Part shown: positions 1-8,810 of the stretch, piece by piece
Layout: each line of letters begins with the position of its first letter
Position numbering within the stretch: position 1 is the stretch's first letter
DNA from: an uncultured delta proteobacterium
GTDB lineage: Bacteria; Desulfobacterota; Syntrophobacteria; Syntrophobacterales; Syntrophobacteraceae
Length of the DNA stretch: 64,000 nucleotides
Assembly: GCA_963808625.1 (NCBI GenBank)
Contig: CAWEHK010000024.1
Span: 1-64,000, forward strand
Reading direction: 5' to 3'
Position numbers and translations under genes: made by a program
Notes under the pieces: generated by a model
Told to the model about the DNA's origin: nothing
What the model saw: only the letters and a program-made list of their open reading frames with translations
The model's database searches: none

Positions 1-2
1 GG

Positions 3-1466
3 CAGGATAGGAATCTTTTCTATCTTCTCTTTGGCCATATTGGATCGAATATTGCGCTCCATAAGGGTTATGATCATCAGAGCCACAAAATACAAAAACA
101 TGATAGCTTCGATCCGGTGCGTTTTTTTCAGATAGACCGGAGCAATCTCCAAGACGGACTTCTGAGTGTAGATACGCTTCTCAAGAAAAGGTTGCCGTTT
201 ATAGACATCTAATACATCTGAAGTTGTCAGGGAGGTATTGGTAATAAGAGGAAATATTCCATCGGTCTTTGAAACAGCTTCTACCGCCTGCTGATTGACT
301 CTCCATTCAAGTCTGTGTCGGAACTCCCATTTGTATTCGTATCTAGTGCGGACTCCCGGTCTTCCAGGAGATAGCTTTAGTTTCACTTGCTTGCGATCCG
401 TCACTATCTTCACATGGATTAAATTTTTAACATCCTGATAAATCTTCTCTGCTGCAGCTTTGATTTCGTTTTTCGTTTTGAGATGGTACCGGTTGAGCTT
501 TCCAGATAGCTCTTCAAGACCACTGAGGACCTTTGCTATCTTCTTCTCCCTCCTTGTTCTGTCATCTTTTTCTTTACCACTGCTGTGGACCCAAATAATA
601 CGGTAACCCTCTTTTGTTCTCTTGTCTTCGTAGGTTCTGTACGCAATAAATCGACCTTTCTTGCGAGAGTCCTCCACCTCAAAGGCTCTCTCCCACGGGA
701 TTGGTTCGCTTTTCACACGATCATAAAACTTCTTCACTTCCTTTCGATCTTTGGGAACCAGAGTGATGAAGTATCCGTTGTTTCTGTCAATATGAACCAA
801 GTTGTCTTTGCTGCACAGTTTACAGTCCGCCACATAGATGAAGTCTTCCCGCTGGAGTAGTGAACGCAGTGCGCTCCAGTTGGGTTTATGTGTGACATCA
901 TCATTGGTGTTGCCATCGAAAAGATTGAAACTCAACGGAACATGACCATCAGCGGTTATGTTCAACCCAAAGACGATTTGCAAGCAATCCGGACGGTGGT
1001 CCTTGTTGTGTCCGAGTTTGGGCTGCACCGCATCCGGATCGTTTTTCTCGTATGCGCCCATGAAGGTGATCGAGGTGCTGTCGTTGTGAATTTCTTCCGT
1101 CATAAGCTCATGGGCCTTGATGGCGTTCAGCGATAGTTCCGTCATCAATGAATGCCGGTCCGCTCCAAAAAGGGCCGAAAGATTTCTTGCCAACCGATCG
1201 TCATTGAAGACCGCCCCATGGATTGGGCTTTCAACAAAGCCGTCAGAATACCCCGATATCCATTGTTCAACCTTATACAATGGTTTGCTGCTACATATGA
1301 TATTCTCAACCAGCACACAGAGGCCTTGAGCGTGCTCAACCAGACATTTGCTCGATGTGGGGACGTATTTGTTGAACACGTTGTATAGGTCAATGGATCC
1401 CATATAATGTTTGACTATTGGTAGCACATTAACCTGTTTGAAGTGCGCTTGGATCAGTTCAGTCAT
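3..1466 (-). mobile_element. IS1634-family DDE transposase (3' end runs off the window; absent from the ORF track)
   Basis: Manual translation from ATG at 1466 gives MTELIQAHF..FNDDRLAR..IHNDSTSITFMGAY..GHNKDHRPDCLQIVFGL..DGHVPL..FDGNTNDD..IYVADCKL..DGIFPLITN..YKRQPFLEKR..KSVLEIAPVYLKKTHRIEA. These are typical IS1634-family motifs, and the DNA is visibly AT-richer than the core genes. Confidence 0.9.
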
Positions 1467-1666
1467 GCCTTAAGATTCCATCATGCGAGGACATTACTGA
1501 ACATAGCGACAGGTTCATCCGATGAGGACAATCTGGAAAAGCAGACCAGACTTCGCGTTGCTGAAAATCAATTTTAAGCTTCAGGACATGGTTTTCGCGG
1601 TCGCCTGGGGGCCATCTGCCAACCATGGGCTCGTTGCCGAAACCATAAACGCATTGGCCCTCTTTC

Positions 1667-2545
1667 TTAAGCATGACACAACTTCAGACCGAAGGTGCGA
1701 CAGAGAGCATAGCCCCAGACGGTCTTAAGGGATCGATTGGGCCTGTGGGTGTGGTCGTTTTTGCCCCTCCCGGTGGTCGTGCCCAGACAGACCCAATTGG
1801 CAGCCCGATAGCAAGTCCCCTTGAAGTGCTCGGTATCGACAAAGGTCTCAAGCCAATAGACAGGATGGCTGTAGAGAGCCTGCCAGTCGCGGGAAATGAT
1901 CCTGGAGCATTGTGCCAGCAGGTAAGAGGCCAGATGTGGGACCCTCACCCAGGGGAGAATAAGAAAACGGCTGTTGTAGGCGAGAAGATGCAAGTTCCTT
2001 AAACGTTGCTCGACACTCCATCCGATAAAGCGGTCCCTGCATCCGATATGTCTGGGAGCCGAAGACCATGTGAGGCAGGCAATGGGGCGCTCATGGGCAA
2101 AAACGACGTACTTGAGATGCTCTCCCACCGGCTGCACGTAGCCCAGGTAATGAAACTGGGCAAGCAGTCCGTCATGCAGTCTTTCCAGTTCGGTGCGCCT
2201 CACCTGGCGAAAGACGAGAGGCCCAAGGACCCTCAAGTCGGTTTGGAGTAATGTCTGATCGACTTCGACAGGCGCCGGCTGCTTGCGATATGAATCGAGT
2301 CTCCTGGGAACTCCCTGTCTTGGGGGCAGCGCGATATAGCCTTCAGACTCCAGCCGTACAAGGAGTCCCCGACAAATCATATCCTTGAGATATCCGTTGG
2401 GTTGCACCCAAGCCCAGGCTCTGCATATCCGGCGGGAAAGGGCAGTCCTGTTGTCATCCGGATTGGCTTCGATCAGTCCGCGGATGAAAGAGATATCTTC
2501 CCGGGTAATTGATCGGCTTCTGTACCTTAAAATCGTTTCCATCAC
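1667..2545 (-). CDS. DUF4338 domain protein (Druantia DruA-like, often IS-associated)
   Basis: Motifs RTALSRRIC..W.QPNG.LKDM.CR, HYLGY..VGEHLKY, RDRFIGW, NSRFLILPWVRVPHLAS, LETFVD..F.GTCYRAANW..G.TTGRGK. Confidence 0.85.
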   Translation of the reverse strand: MMETILRYRSRSITREDISFIRGLIEANPDDNRTALSRRICRAWAWVQPNGYLKDMICRGLLVRLESEGYIALPPRQGVPRRLDSYRKQPAPVEVDQTLLQTDLRVLGPLVFRQVRRTELERLHDGLLAQFHYLGYVQPVGEHLKYVVFAHERPIACLTWSSAPRHIGCRDRFIGWSVEQRLRNLHLLAYNSRFLILPWVRVPHLASYLLAQCSRIISRDWQALYSHPVYWLETFVDTEHFKGTCYRAANWVCLGTTTGRGKNDHTHRPNRSLKTVWGYALCRTFGLKLCHA

Positions 2546-2803
2546 CCATTGGATACACTACCCAGATGCTGAACGCAAGCAAAAAGTTAGACCATATCCA
2601 TCTGCAGCGGTGGATAATTGCGCAACCTATTCAAAGTTTGCACTGTCTTCAGGTTCCCTTGACTGAAAGACACCCCTACCCTCTGCCAACCCCCCATCTC
2701 AACTAAATTAAAAAATTGCTGCCGGGATGTGCGAAATGTAAGGTTTAAGCCCAAAATTGGCCCTGATTTCTGAGCATTTCATAAGCCAATCCATATGATG
2801 GCT

Positions 2804-2856
2804 TGGTCCGACCCCGCCCGGTCCGACCCCGCCCGCCGCGACCCCGGTCGCCGCCC
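2804..2856. repeat. Short GC-rich tandem repeat (GGTCCGACCCCGCCC twice, then degenerate copies)
   Basis: Seen directly. Confidence 0.6.
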
Positions 2857-3098
2857 GCTATCCTTCTTACAGACATTCATCTAATTTCACCATATCATCC
2901 GACCCTAGCCCTTAACGGGGGAGGATTCCCCGAGGGGTTCTCCTGTCACCATTTGAACCCGATTCGGTACATTGTCCGCAGGGCTTCGCACCCCGTCATC
3001 AGCGCGACGGTAGCACGCCTGCGTAGGGTCCGGCAGGAACATGCCGGGTACTCCAGGTAACTACCTGAGTACACTCAACTATGCGACATCGTGTCGCA

Positions 3099-3209
3099 AG
3101 CCAACACTGAGATGAGCAGCGGCGCCGAAGCACCAGGGCGCACGAAAAGTACGCAACCGACTATCACGCGCCCACGGATTGCGCCGTCTGCTTGAATCTT
3201 TGGTTAGGA
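3099..3209 (-). other. attC-like recombination site (top strand is the minus strand)
   Basis: Minus strand reads TCCTAAC-caaag-ATTCAAGCAGACGGCGC...GCGCCGCTGCTCAT-ctcagt-GTTGGCT. This gives R''/L''/L'/R' boxes in an imperfect 111 bp palindrome with extrahelical bases. Confidence 0.75.
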
Positions 3210-3384
3210 CATGGGTTAACTGCCAATATTTCAATCCCCGAAGTTCATGGGTGCTCTTCTTGGGAACCCCTGCATGGCAAAGTGAGCAATGAAGCTCATA
3301 AAGCCGGCTTCCAAGCCACCCCATTCCGCTCTTCTTGGCTGTCGGGGCCAAGGATGAAGCTGTGTATTGTTTACATATTTCTTG

Positions 3385-3413
3385 TTGCAAAGCGACTGCT
3401 GATTGTTTATAAA
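3385..3413 (+). promoter_or_regulatory. Sigma70-type promoter upstream of the NYN gene leader RNA
   Basis: TTGCAA (3385-3390), 17 bp spacer, TATAAA (3408-3413). Confidence 0.65.
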
Positions 3414-3419
3414 TGCCAT

Positions 3420-3498
3420 GAAAGCTTGCTGAGATTGTAGCCCCCCCCAGGGTTTCGACCCTGGGCCGCGGAGCCCCTTCGGGGGCTCCTGCTTTTTT
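3420..3498 (+). ncRNA. Putative ~75-80 nt structured leader or antitoxin RNA with two UUCG hairpins, the second an intrinsic terminator
   Basis: CCCAGGGT-TTCG-ACCCTGGG (3446-3465), then GGAGCCCC-TTCG-GGGGCTCC followed by T6 (3493-3498), ending 12 nt before the ATG. Confidence 0.55.
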
Positions 3499-3510
3499 GT
3501 GGGAAAGGTG

Positions 3511-4137
3511 ATGAGAACAGCCATTTACGTCGATGGGTTCAATCTTTATTACAGAGCCATACGAGGCACACCGCACAAATGGTTGGACCTGAAGACGCTC
3601 TTCGGCAAGGTCCTCAAGGCCTCGCATGTGATCACCAGCATAAACTATTTCACCGCCCTGGTTTCCTCTACCCCTCAAGATCCTGACAAAGCGCTGAGGC
3701 AAAAGACTTATCTCCGTGCACTGCGGGCTCACATTCCTGAGATAGCCATCCACTACGGACACTTCTTGAGCCGCGAAGTTAGAGCACCTCTGGCCCAACC
3801 CGCACAAGGCAGGACCTTCGAAACGGTGATCAAGACAGAGGAGAAAGGCTCCGATGTCAACCTTGCGGTGCATCTGCTGAATGACGCATGGCTTGATGCT
3901 TACGACTGCGCCGTGGTGGTCTCCAATGACAGTGACCTGGCTGAAGCTATGCGATTGGTCAGATTTCATCATCCATCCAAGATCATTGGTTTAATCTCGC
4001 CGGAAGAAGGGCGAACATCCAAGCAGCTCAAGATTCATGCGAATTTCGTAAGACATATCCGGAAAAGCGCCCTCGCCGCATCACTGCTTCCATCCCCAAT
4101 TCTTGGAACTTCAATCCACAAGCCCGCCGCTTGGTAG
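3511..4137 (+). CDS. NYN domain (LabA/DUF88, PIN-like fold) ribonuclease
   Basis: YVDGFNLYY, EEKGSDVNLA and VVVSNDSDL acidic active-site motifs; RBS GGAAAGG. Confidence 0.9.
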   Translation: MRTAIYVDGFNLYYRAIRGTPHKWLDLKTLFGKVLKASHVITSINYFTALVSSTPQDPDKALRQKTYLRALRAHIPEIAIHYGHFLSREVRAPLAQPAQGRTFETVIKTEEKGSDVNLAVHLLNDAWLDAYDCAVVVSNDSDLAEAMRLVRFHHPSKIIGLISPEEGRTSKQLKIHANFVRHIRKSALAASLLPSPILGTSIHKPAAW

Positions 4138-4155
4138 GCTGTGCCGGGTTGCGCG

Positions 4156-4266
4156 TTCTAAAAGCTAAAATCTAATCGACCCGCGCGGACCGGTATGAAC
4201 TTCCAGCCTGCACTACGAACTCTGTGAGAACAAGTGGTTACGGGTCCGCTTGAGCGAAAGTTAGGT
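4156..4266 (-). other. Degenerate attC-like site
   Basis: Minus strand: ACCTAAC (contains the cassette stop codon)-tttcg-CTCAAGCGGACCCG...CGGGTCGATTAG...TTTAGAA. The R' GTT appears mutated to TTT. Confidence 0.55.
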
Positions 4267-4761
4267 CCTTCCAACAAAAGGTTCTCGACGGTATTCTGTT
4301 GTGAATTGTATTGCTCTAAGACCTGGGAACTGTTCAGGAACCTGTTTTTTGATCATCCGAAAACCCGAGAAGTGATCGACAGTCTGTCGGAGAAGATCGG
4401 AGACGTGCAACACCTTTCCTCCCCCTAAGGTTTGACATCCACTCTTGGGAGAGAAGACTAAGAGAGCAATTTGCTCGATCGATTCGTCTCCGCTCAGCAG
4501 ACCCGCAAAGAGTCCTGGAATGTATGTAATTCCAGCACGGAATTTCTTTTGAAACCTTTTTTCCCGTTCCTCCCATTTCGTGGCGTCCATGGATGCTTCG
4601 ATATGCACCAGATGCCTCGTCTCAGGGTGGAACCCTACAACATCCAGTTCACACTCGTGGCCACCAGCCAGTCTTTTCCCGACCAGGACATTTCGTCGAA
4701 TGAAATAGCCTTTGTATTCGTACCATTCTGCTGCCAGTTCTTCCAAGAAATTCATTGACAT
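4261..4761 (-). CDS. PD-(D/E)XK restriction-endonuclease-like protein (gene cassette)
   Basis: FLEELAAEWYEYKGY..ECELDVVGF..LVHIEAS pattern; RBS AGGAG; the stop codon lies inside the attC R'' box. Confidence 0.65.
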   Translation of the reverse strand: MSMNFLEELAAEWYEYKGYFIRRNVLVGKRLAGGHECELDVVGFHPETRHLVHIEASMDATKWEEREKRFQKKFRAGITYIPGLFAGLLSGDESIEQIALLVFSPKSGCQTLGGGKVLHVSDLLRQTVDHFSGFRMIKKQVPEQFPGLRAIQFTTEYRREPFVGRT

Positions 4762-4776
4762 GCTTGCTGATTCTCC

Positions 4777-4800
4777 TGACGTAATGCCGAGCTGAGCCGA
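4777..4800 (-). other. attC half site (L'-spacer-R'), degenerate
   Basis: Minus strand CGGCTCAGCTCGGC-ATTACGT, immediately followed by the cassette RBS; resembles GCTCAGCTCGGCGTTAGG. Confidence 0.4.
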
Positions 4801-4995
4801 TGGCACGAGGTTGCGGGCTAGTGGTCGCTCGCGCGCAAGCCTTGCTTGTTCAAGTAAGCCGCTACGCGGCAGATTTGCGCCTCCTGGCAAACCATAGGTT
4901 CACCAAGGGCTATTCCTCTCCTGTCCTTTCGCACTCATAGAATACCATACCTCTCCGAGAACAATTCAACTCTTTACCCCAAAGAAAGGAGAGGT

Positions 4996-5860
4996 ATGGT
5001 CATGAAAGACTGGTATGAGAACTTGGTTAAGACCCTTCAACTGAATGGCAAAGGCGAGCGCACTCAGCAATCCTATACCCGTGCGGTGCGAATGCTCACC
5101 GAATTCTACGGCAAAACCCCCGATCTCATCAGCGAGGAGGAACTTCAAGAGTATTTCCTCCACCGCAGGAACGTCAACAAATGGTCACCCAATACCATGC
5201 AGATCTGCTATTGTGGCGTCCGCTTCTTCTTTGAGAACGTCCTCAAGCGCAACTGGCATATCCTGGGCATCCTGCGAGCGCAAAATGAACGACGATTGCC
5301 GGCAGTGCTCAGCGTCGAAGAGGTCCGAAGCCTCCTTGCTCACGTAAGGACTCCTCAAAACTACGCTTTCCTGACTACGGTTTATTCCTGCGGCCTCAGG
5401 CTGCAGGAAGGGTTGCATCTGGAAGTCTCAGATATCGACAGTGACCGCTGTTGATGATTCAGTGCACCGGGGCAAGGGCGCCAAGGATCGCTATGTTCCT
5501 CTGCCTCATGCCACCCTTGGTCTTTTGCGCCGCTATTGGGTTACTCATCGAAACGCCCATCTCCTGTTCCCGGCACTTGGCCGCAACGGGAAGGGAGCAA
5601 AAGAGGGCATGACACCCATGGCAAAGAGCATTGTTCAGGGTGCCTTTCGCAAGGCCAAGTCTGAGGCCGGTATCCGCAAAAAGAGTGTTTCCGTCCATAC
5701 CTTCCGGCATTCGTATGCCACCCACCTCCTCGAAGCCGGTGTCAACTTGCGAGTCATCCAAAGATACATGGGCCACACCCAGCTTGAGACGACCATGGTT
5801 TACACTCATGTCCTGAGAGAAATGGGAGTGCAGAGGATAAAAAGCCCTTTGACATTCTGA
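4996..5860 (+). CDS. Tyrosine recombinase/integrase (frameshift near 5450)
   Basis: SAM-like N-terminal domain, RLPAVLSVEEV, YSCGLRLQE (R), GKGAKDR (K), HTFRHSYATHLLEAG (H-x-x-R), MGH..TTMVYTHV (H, Y). The IntI-specific insertion is absent. Confidence 0.9.
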
Positions 5861-5907
5861 TGACGGGTGTTCATCATGAAGAGCACTCAAACCAGACGGG
5901 ACGCATT

Positions 5908-6607
5908 ATGAGTGTCATTGCTGGAAACCTCTTGAAAATCAACGAACAGATCCGAACCGCATGTTTGCGTTCAGGGCGCGATGCGGATCGAGTGAGCGTC
6001 ATTGGCGTGACGAAAACGGTACCGGTGGAGCCGCATCCGTGAGGGCATCGAGGCGGGGTTAAGGATCCTCGGGGAGAATTATGTCCAGGAAGCCGCGCAG
6101 AAGGTGCGAGCGTTGTCCGATTTGGCGGTTTCGTGGCATTTCATCGGGCATCTGCAGTCCAATAAGGCCAAGGTGGCCCTGGAATCGTTCGCCTGGATTC
6201 ATACCCTGGATCGGGAAAGCCTGGCTCGCGAACTGAACCGTGCGGCGCAGAAACTCGGGAAAAGAATTCCCGTGCTGATCCAGGTGAACACGGGTTATGA
6301 AGAGAGCAAGAGCGGGCTGGCCCCGGAAGCGCTCTTTCCGTTGTTTGAGTTGGCGTCGTCGTTGGATGGATTGGAGATTCGCGGTTTGATGGCGTTGCCG
6401 CCTTACTACGATGATCCCGAGGAGGTTCGGCCCCATTTCCGTGCGTTGCGGGTATGGCTTGAGCGGTTGCGGGATCGAAGTCGTTCACCCGAGATGTTAT
6501 CCGAGTTGTCCATGGGGATGAGCCACGACTTTGAAGTGGCCATCGAGGAAGGGGCGACCATGGTGAGGATTGGGACGGCGCTTTTTGGGACGAGAACTGC
6601 GGTCTAG
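5908..6607 (+). CDS. yggS: PLP homeostasis protein YggS (frameshift near 6030)
   Basis: IGVTKT, GENYVQEA, WHFIGHLQSNK, LSMGMSHDFEVAIEEGATMVRIGTALFG. Confidence 0.93.
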
Positions 6608-6668
6608 TGGCTAGTGGCTAGTGAATAGTGGCTAGAAACTGGCCACTAGCCACTAATCACTAGCCACT
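6604..6668. repeat. Inverted heptamer arrays (TAGTGGC)n / (CCACTAG)n between convergent genes
   Basis: Seen directly. Confidence 0.8.
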
Positions 6669-7413
6669 TTTTGTCAGGCGCTGGCGCTGGACCTCGGCCA
6701 GGGCAATGGCGCCGGCGGTGGCGGCGTTGAGGGACTGGAGCGGGCCGCCGGCGGGGATGTGGACCAGGAAGTCGCAGTGTTTTCGAGTCAGAGGGCGGAG
6801 GCCTTTCTGTTCGTTTCCCACCACCAGCCCCAGGGGCACGGATAGGTCCACCTCGTAGAGCGACTGCTCGGCCTCAACATCCAGGCCCGCAATCCAGAGC
6901 CCGCTTCCTTTCAGGTGGTCCAGGGCCTGGGCCAGATTGACTACCTGGATAACCGGAAGATAGACGGTGGCCCCGGATGCGACCTTGATAACGGTGCTGG
7001 TGATTTTTGCGGAGCGGTCTTTGGGAAGGATGATTCCCCTGGCTCCCAGGAAACAGGCGCTCCGGATGAGCGCTCCCAGGTTTTGAGGGTCCTGGATCGA
7101 GTCCAGGATGAGCACCGGCTGACGGTCTTCGAGGGGGCGCTCCAAGAAGAGCTTCCAGCGCGGTGTAGCGGAATTCCTCGGCGCGCAAGGCCAGTCCCTG
7201 GTGGTGGGGATGACCGGACAAGGCCGAAAGGACTTCGGCAGGTTCGTGGCGCACGGGGATTCCCCGCGCTTCGGCCATGGCCTCGAGCGCAGTGGCCCGC
7301 TGGTCCCGGCGGGCTACAACCAATTCCTTGATTGCCACGTCCTGGCTGGAAAGGGCCTCTTTTACCGGATTGTAACCCGAGATCCAGCAGTCGCGTTCGG
7401 CCCGTTCCTCCAT
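6660..7413 (-). CDS. rlmB: 23S rRNA (Gm2251) 2'-O-methyltransferase (frameshift near 7140)
   Basis: GYNPVKEAL, HQGLAL, DPQNLGALIRSA, VGNEQKGLR, SLNAATAG. Confidence 0.9.
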
Positions 7414-7441
7414 TCGCCCCGCTCTTGGCGGGACCTTGTCT

Positions 7442-8080
7442 TCATGACGGCGACGGCGGTGCAGGGAAATAGAGGAGTGCTCGCAGGCGCTCTCCCTGGA
7501 CCATCCGCTGGCACCGGGCGGCGCGAATGATGGCAACGAGATCAGCGACGGCGGTCTCGAGCAGGTCGTTCACCACGATAAAGTCGTACCACGGTGCCTC
7601 CTGGACCTCCCGATGCGCGGCGCTCAGGCGCGCGGCAATCTGTTCCTGAGCTTCCGTGCCCCGCGCCTGCAGTCTCTGCTCGAGGACCTCCCAGGAGGGC
7701 GGCAGGATAAAAAGGGTGTGCGCCAGCGGGAAAAGGCAGCGAACCTGGCGCGCTCCCTGAACATCGATGTCGAGGAGGACATCTTTCCCTGCTTCGAGCC
7801 AGGCCTCCAGGATCAGCCTGTCGGTCCCGTAGTATTCGCCGTGGACTTGTGCCCATTCGAGGAAGCGACCCTCCTGGATACCCGCGAGGAAGGCTGCCCT
7901 GTCCAGGAAATGGTAGTCTTTGCCGTCCGTTTCCCCGGGCCGCGGCGGCCGCGTCGTGCAGGAGACGGAAAAGCGCAGCTCGGGCAGTTCCTGCAAAAGC
8001 AACCGCACCAGCGTGGTTTTCCCAACCCCTGAAGGGGCCGAGATCACGAAGAGCTGTCCCGTGCGACTGAGGATGGGCAT
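7442..8080 (-). CDS. gmk: Guanylate kinase
   Basis: SAPSGVGKTT, TTRPPRPGETDGKDYHF, DIDVQGA. Confidence 0.97.
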   Translation of the reverse strand: MPILSRTGQLFVISAPSGVGKTTLVRLLLQELPELRFSVSCTTRPPRPGETDGKDYHFLDRAAFLAGIQEGRFLEWAQVHGEYYGTDRLILEAWLEAGKDVLLDIDVQGARQVRCLFPLAHTLFILPPSWEVLEQRLQARGTEAQEQIAARLSAAHREVQEAPWYDFIVVNDLLETAVADLVAIIRAARCQRMVQGERLRALLYFPAPPSPS

Positions 8081-8085
8081 CGAGG

Positions 8086-8370
8086 CTATTCTTTTTCGTG
8101 CTTGGCGGGATTCCCGTCTTTGGGATGATTGTCGGAGAGCAGCCGTTGCGCAATGGTTTCGGCCTGGACTCCGGAGAGGATCACATGATCGCTGTCGGTG
8201 ATAATAATGGACCGGGTGCGCCGGCCCATGGTGGCATCAATGAGTTTATTGGCCTGTTTGGCATCTTCCTTGAGGCGTTTCATTGGCGCCGAAGCAGGCG
8301 ACACAATGGCCACAATGCGGTTGATCACAACCGTATTTCCAAACCCGATGTTGAGTAGTCTCGGTTCCAT
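8086..8370 (-). CDS. remA: DUF370 / RemA-family regulator
   Basis: [27 protein letters not shown]; canonical yicC-remA-gmk gene order. Confidence 0.9.
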   Translation of the reverse strand: MEPRLLNIGFGNTVVINRIVAIVSPASAPMKRLKEDAKQANKLIDATMGRRTRSIIITDSDHVILSGVQAETIAQRLLSDNHPKDGNPAKHEKE

Positions 8371-8810
8371 GCATGACCTCGCTGTGCTATCGATGCGGCT
8401 GGCGGCCCCAGGGACCAACCCCCTTAGCTGGCTCTGAGAAAGCAATCTGACAGAGGAGCAAAATACTCGTGCGACCTTTGTGTTTCGGTAGGCTTTAAGC
8501 ACCTCTGGTGCTGGGGCTTCATTTCAAAAAGAAACCGTAAACCTTAAAGCGGAGCAATTATCCCTTGAAGAAGGTCACCAATGCAAGAATTTTTCCTCGT
8601 TAATCCCATTTCCTTTTCAGGGCGGGAGAAAAGAGATACTCATTAGAGCTTGAAGTCTTTATTTTTCACCGCGGAGATCGCTGAGAGCGAAGAAAATTTT
8701 GAGAGCCTTATTCTCTCGCGTTCCCGGCGGGCCCTGCGGTAAGGGATGAAGTTTTTTGAAAACGAAGATTCTTGACCTTAACAAGCAAAAAATCACTGGC
8801 GCCTGCACCC

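Noticed and set aside
1459..1674. 71 aa ORF between DUF4338 and the transposase
   Set aside because: It has no recognisable domain and spans a putative element boundary, so it cannot be supported as a gene.
1667..2545. Complete Druantia defence system
   Set aside because: There is no DruE helicase or any other dru gene in the window.
2970..3010. Hammerhead ribozyme (CTGATGA on the minus strand)
   Set aside because: The required GAAA after stem II and a consistent stem I/III are absent.
4996..5860. Calling the recombinase a canonical integron integrase (intI)
   Set aside because: It lacks the IntI-specific insertion; only the extreme C-terminus is IntI-like.
8420..8510. c-di-GMP-I (GEMM) riboswitch in the remA leader
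   Set aside because: The resemblance is superficial (CCGAAA..GGTCGCA); the GCAAA core and P2/P3 pairing do not fit.
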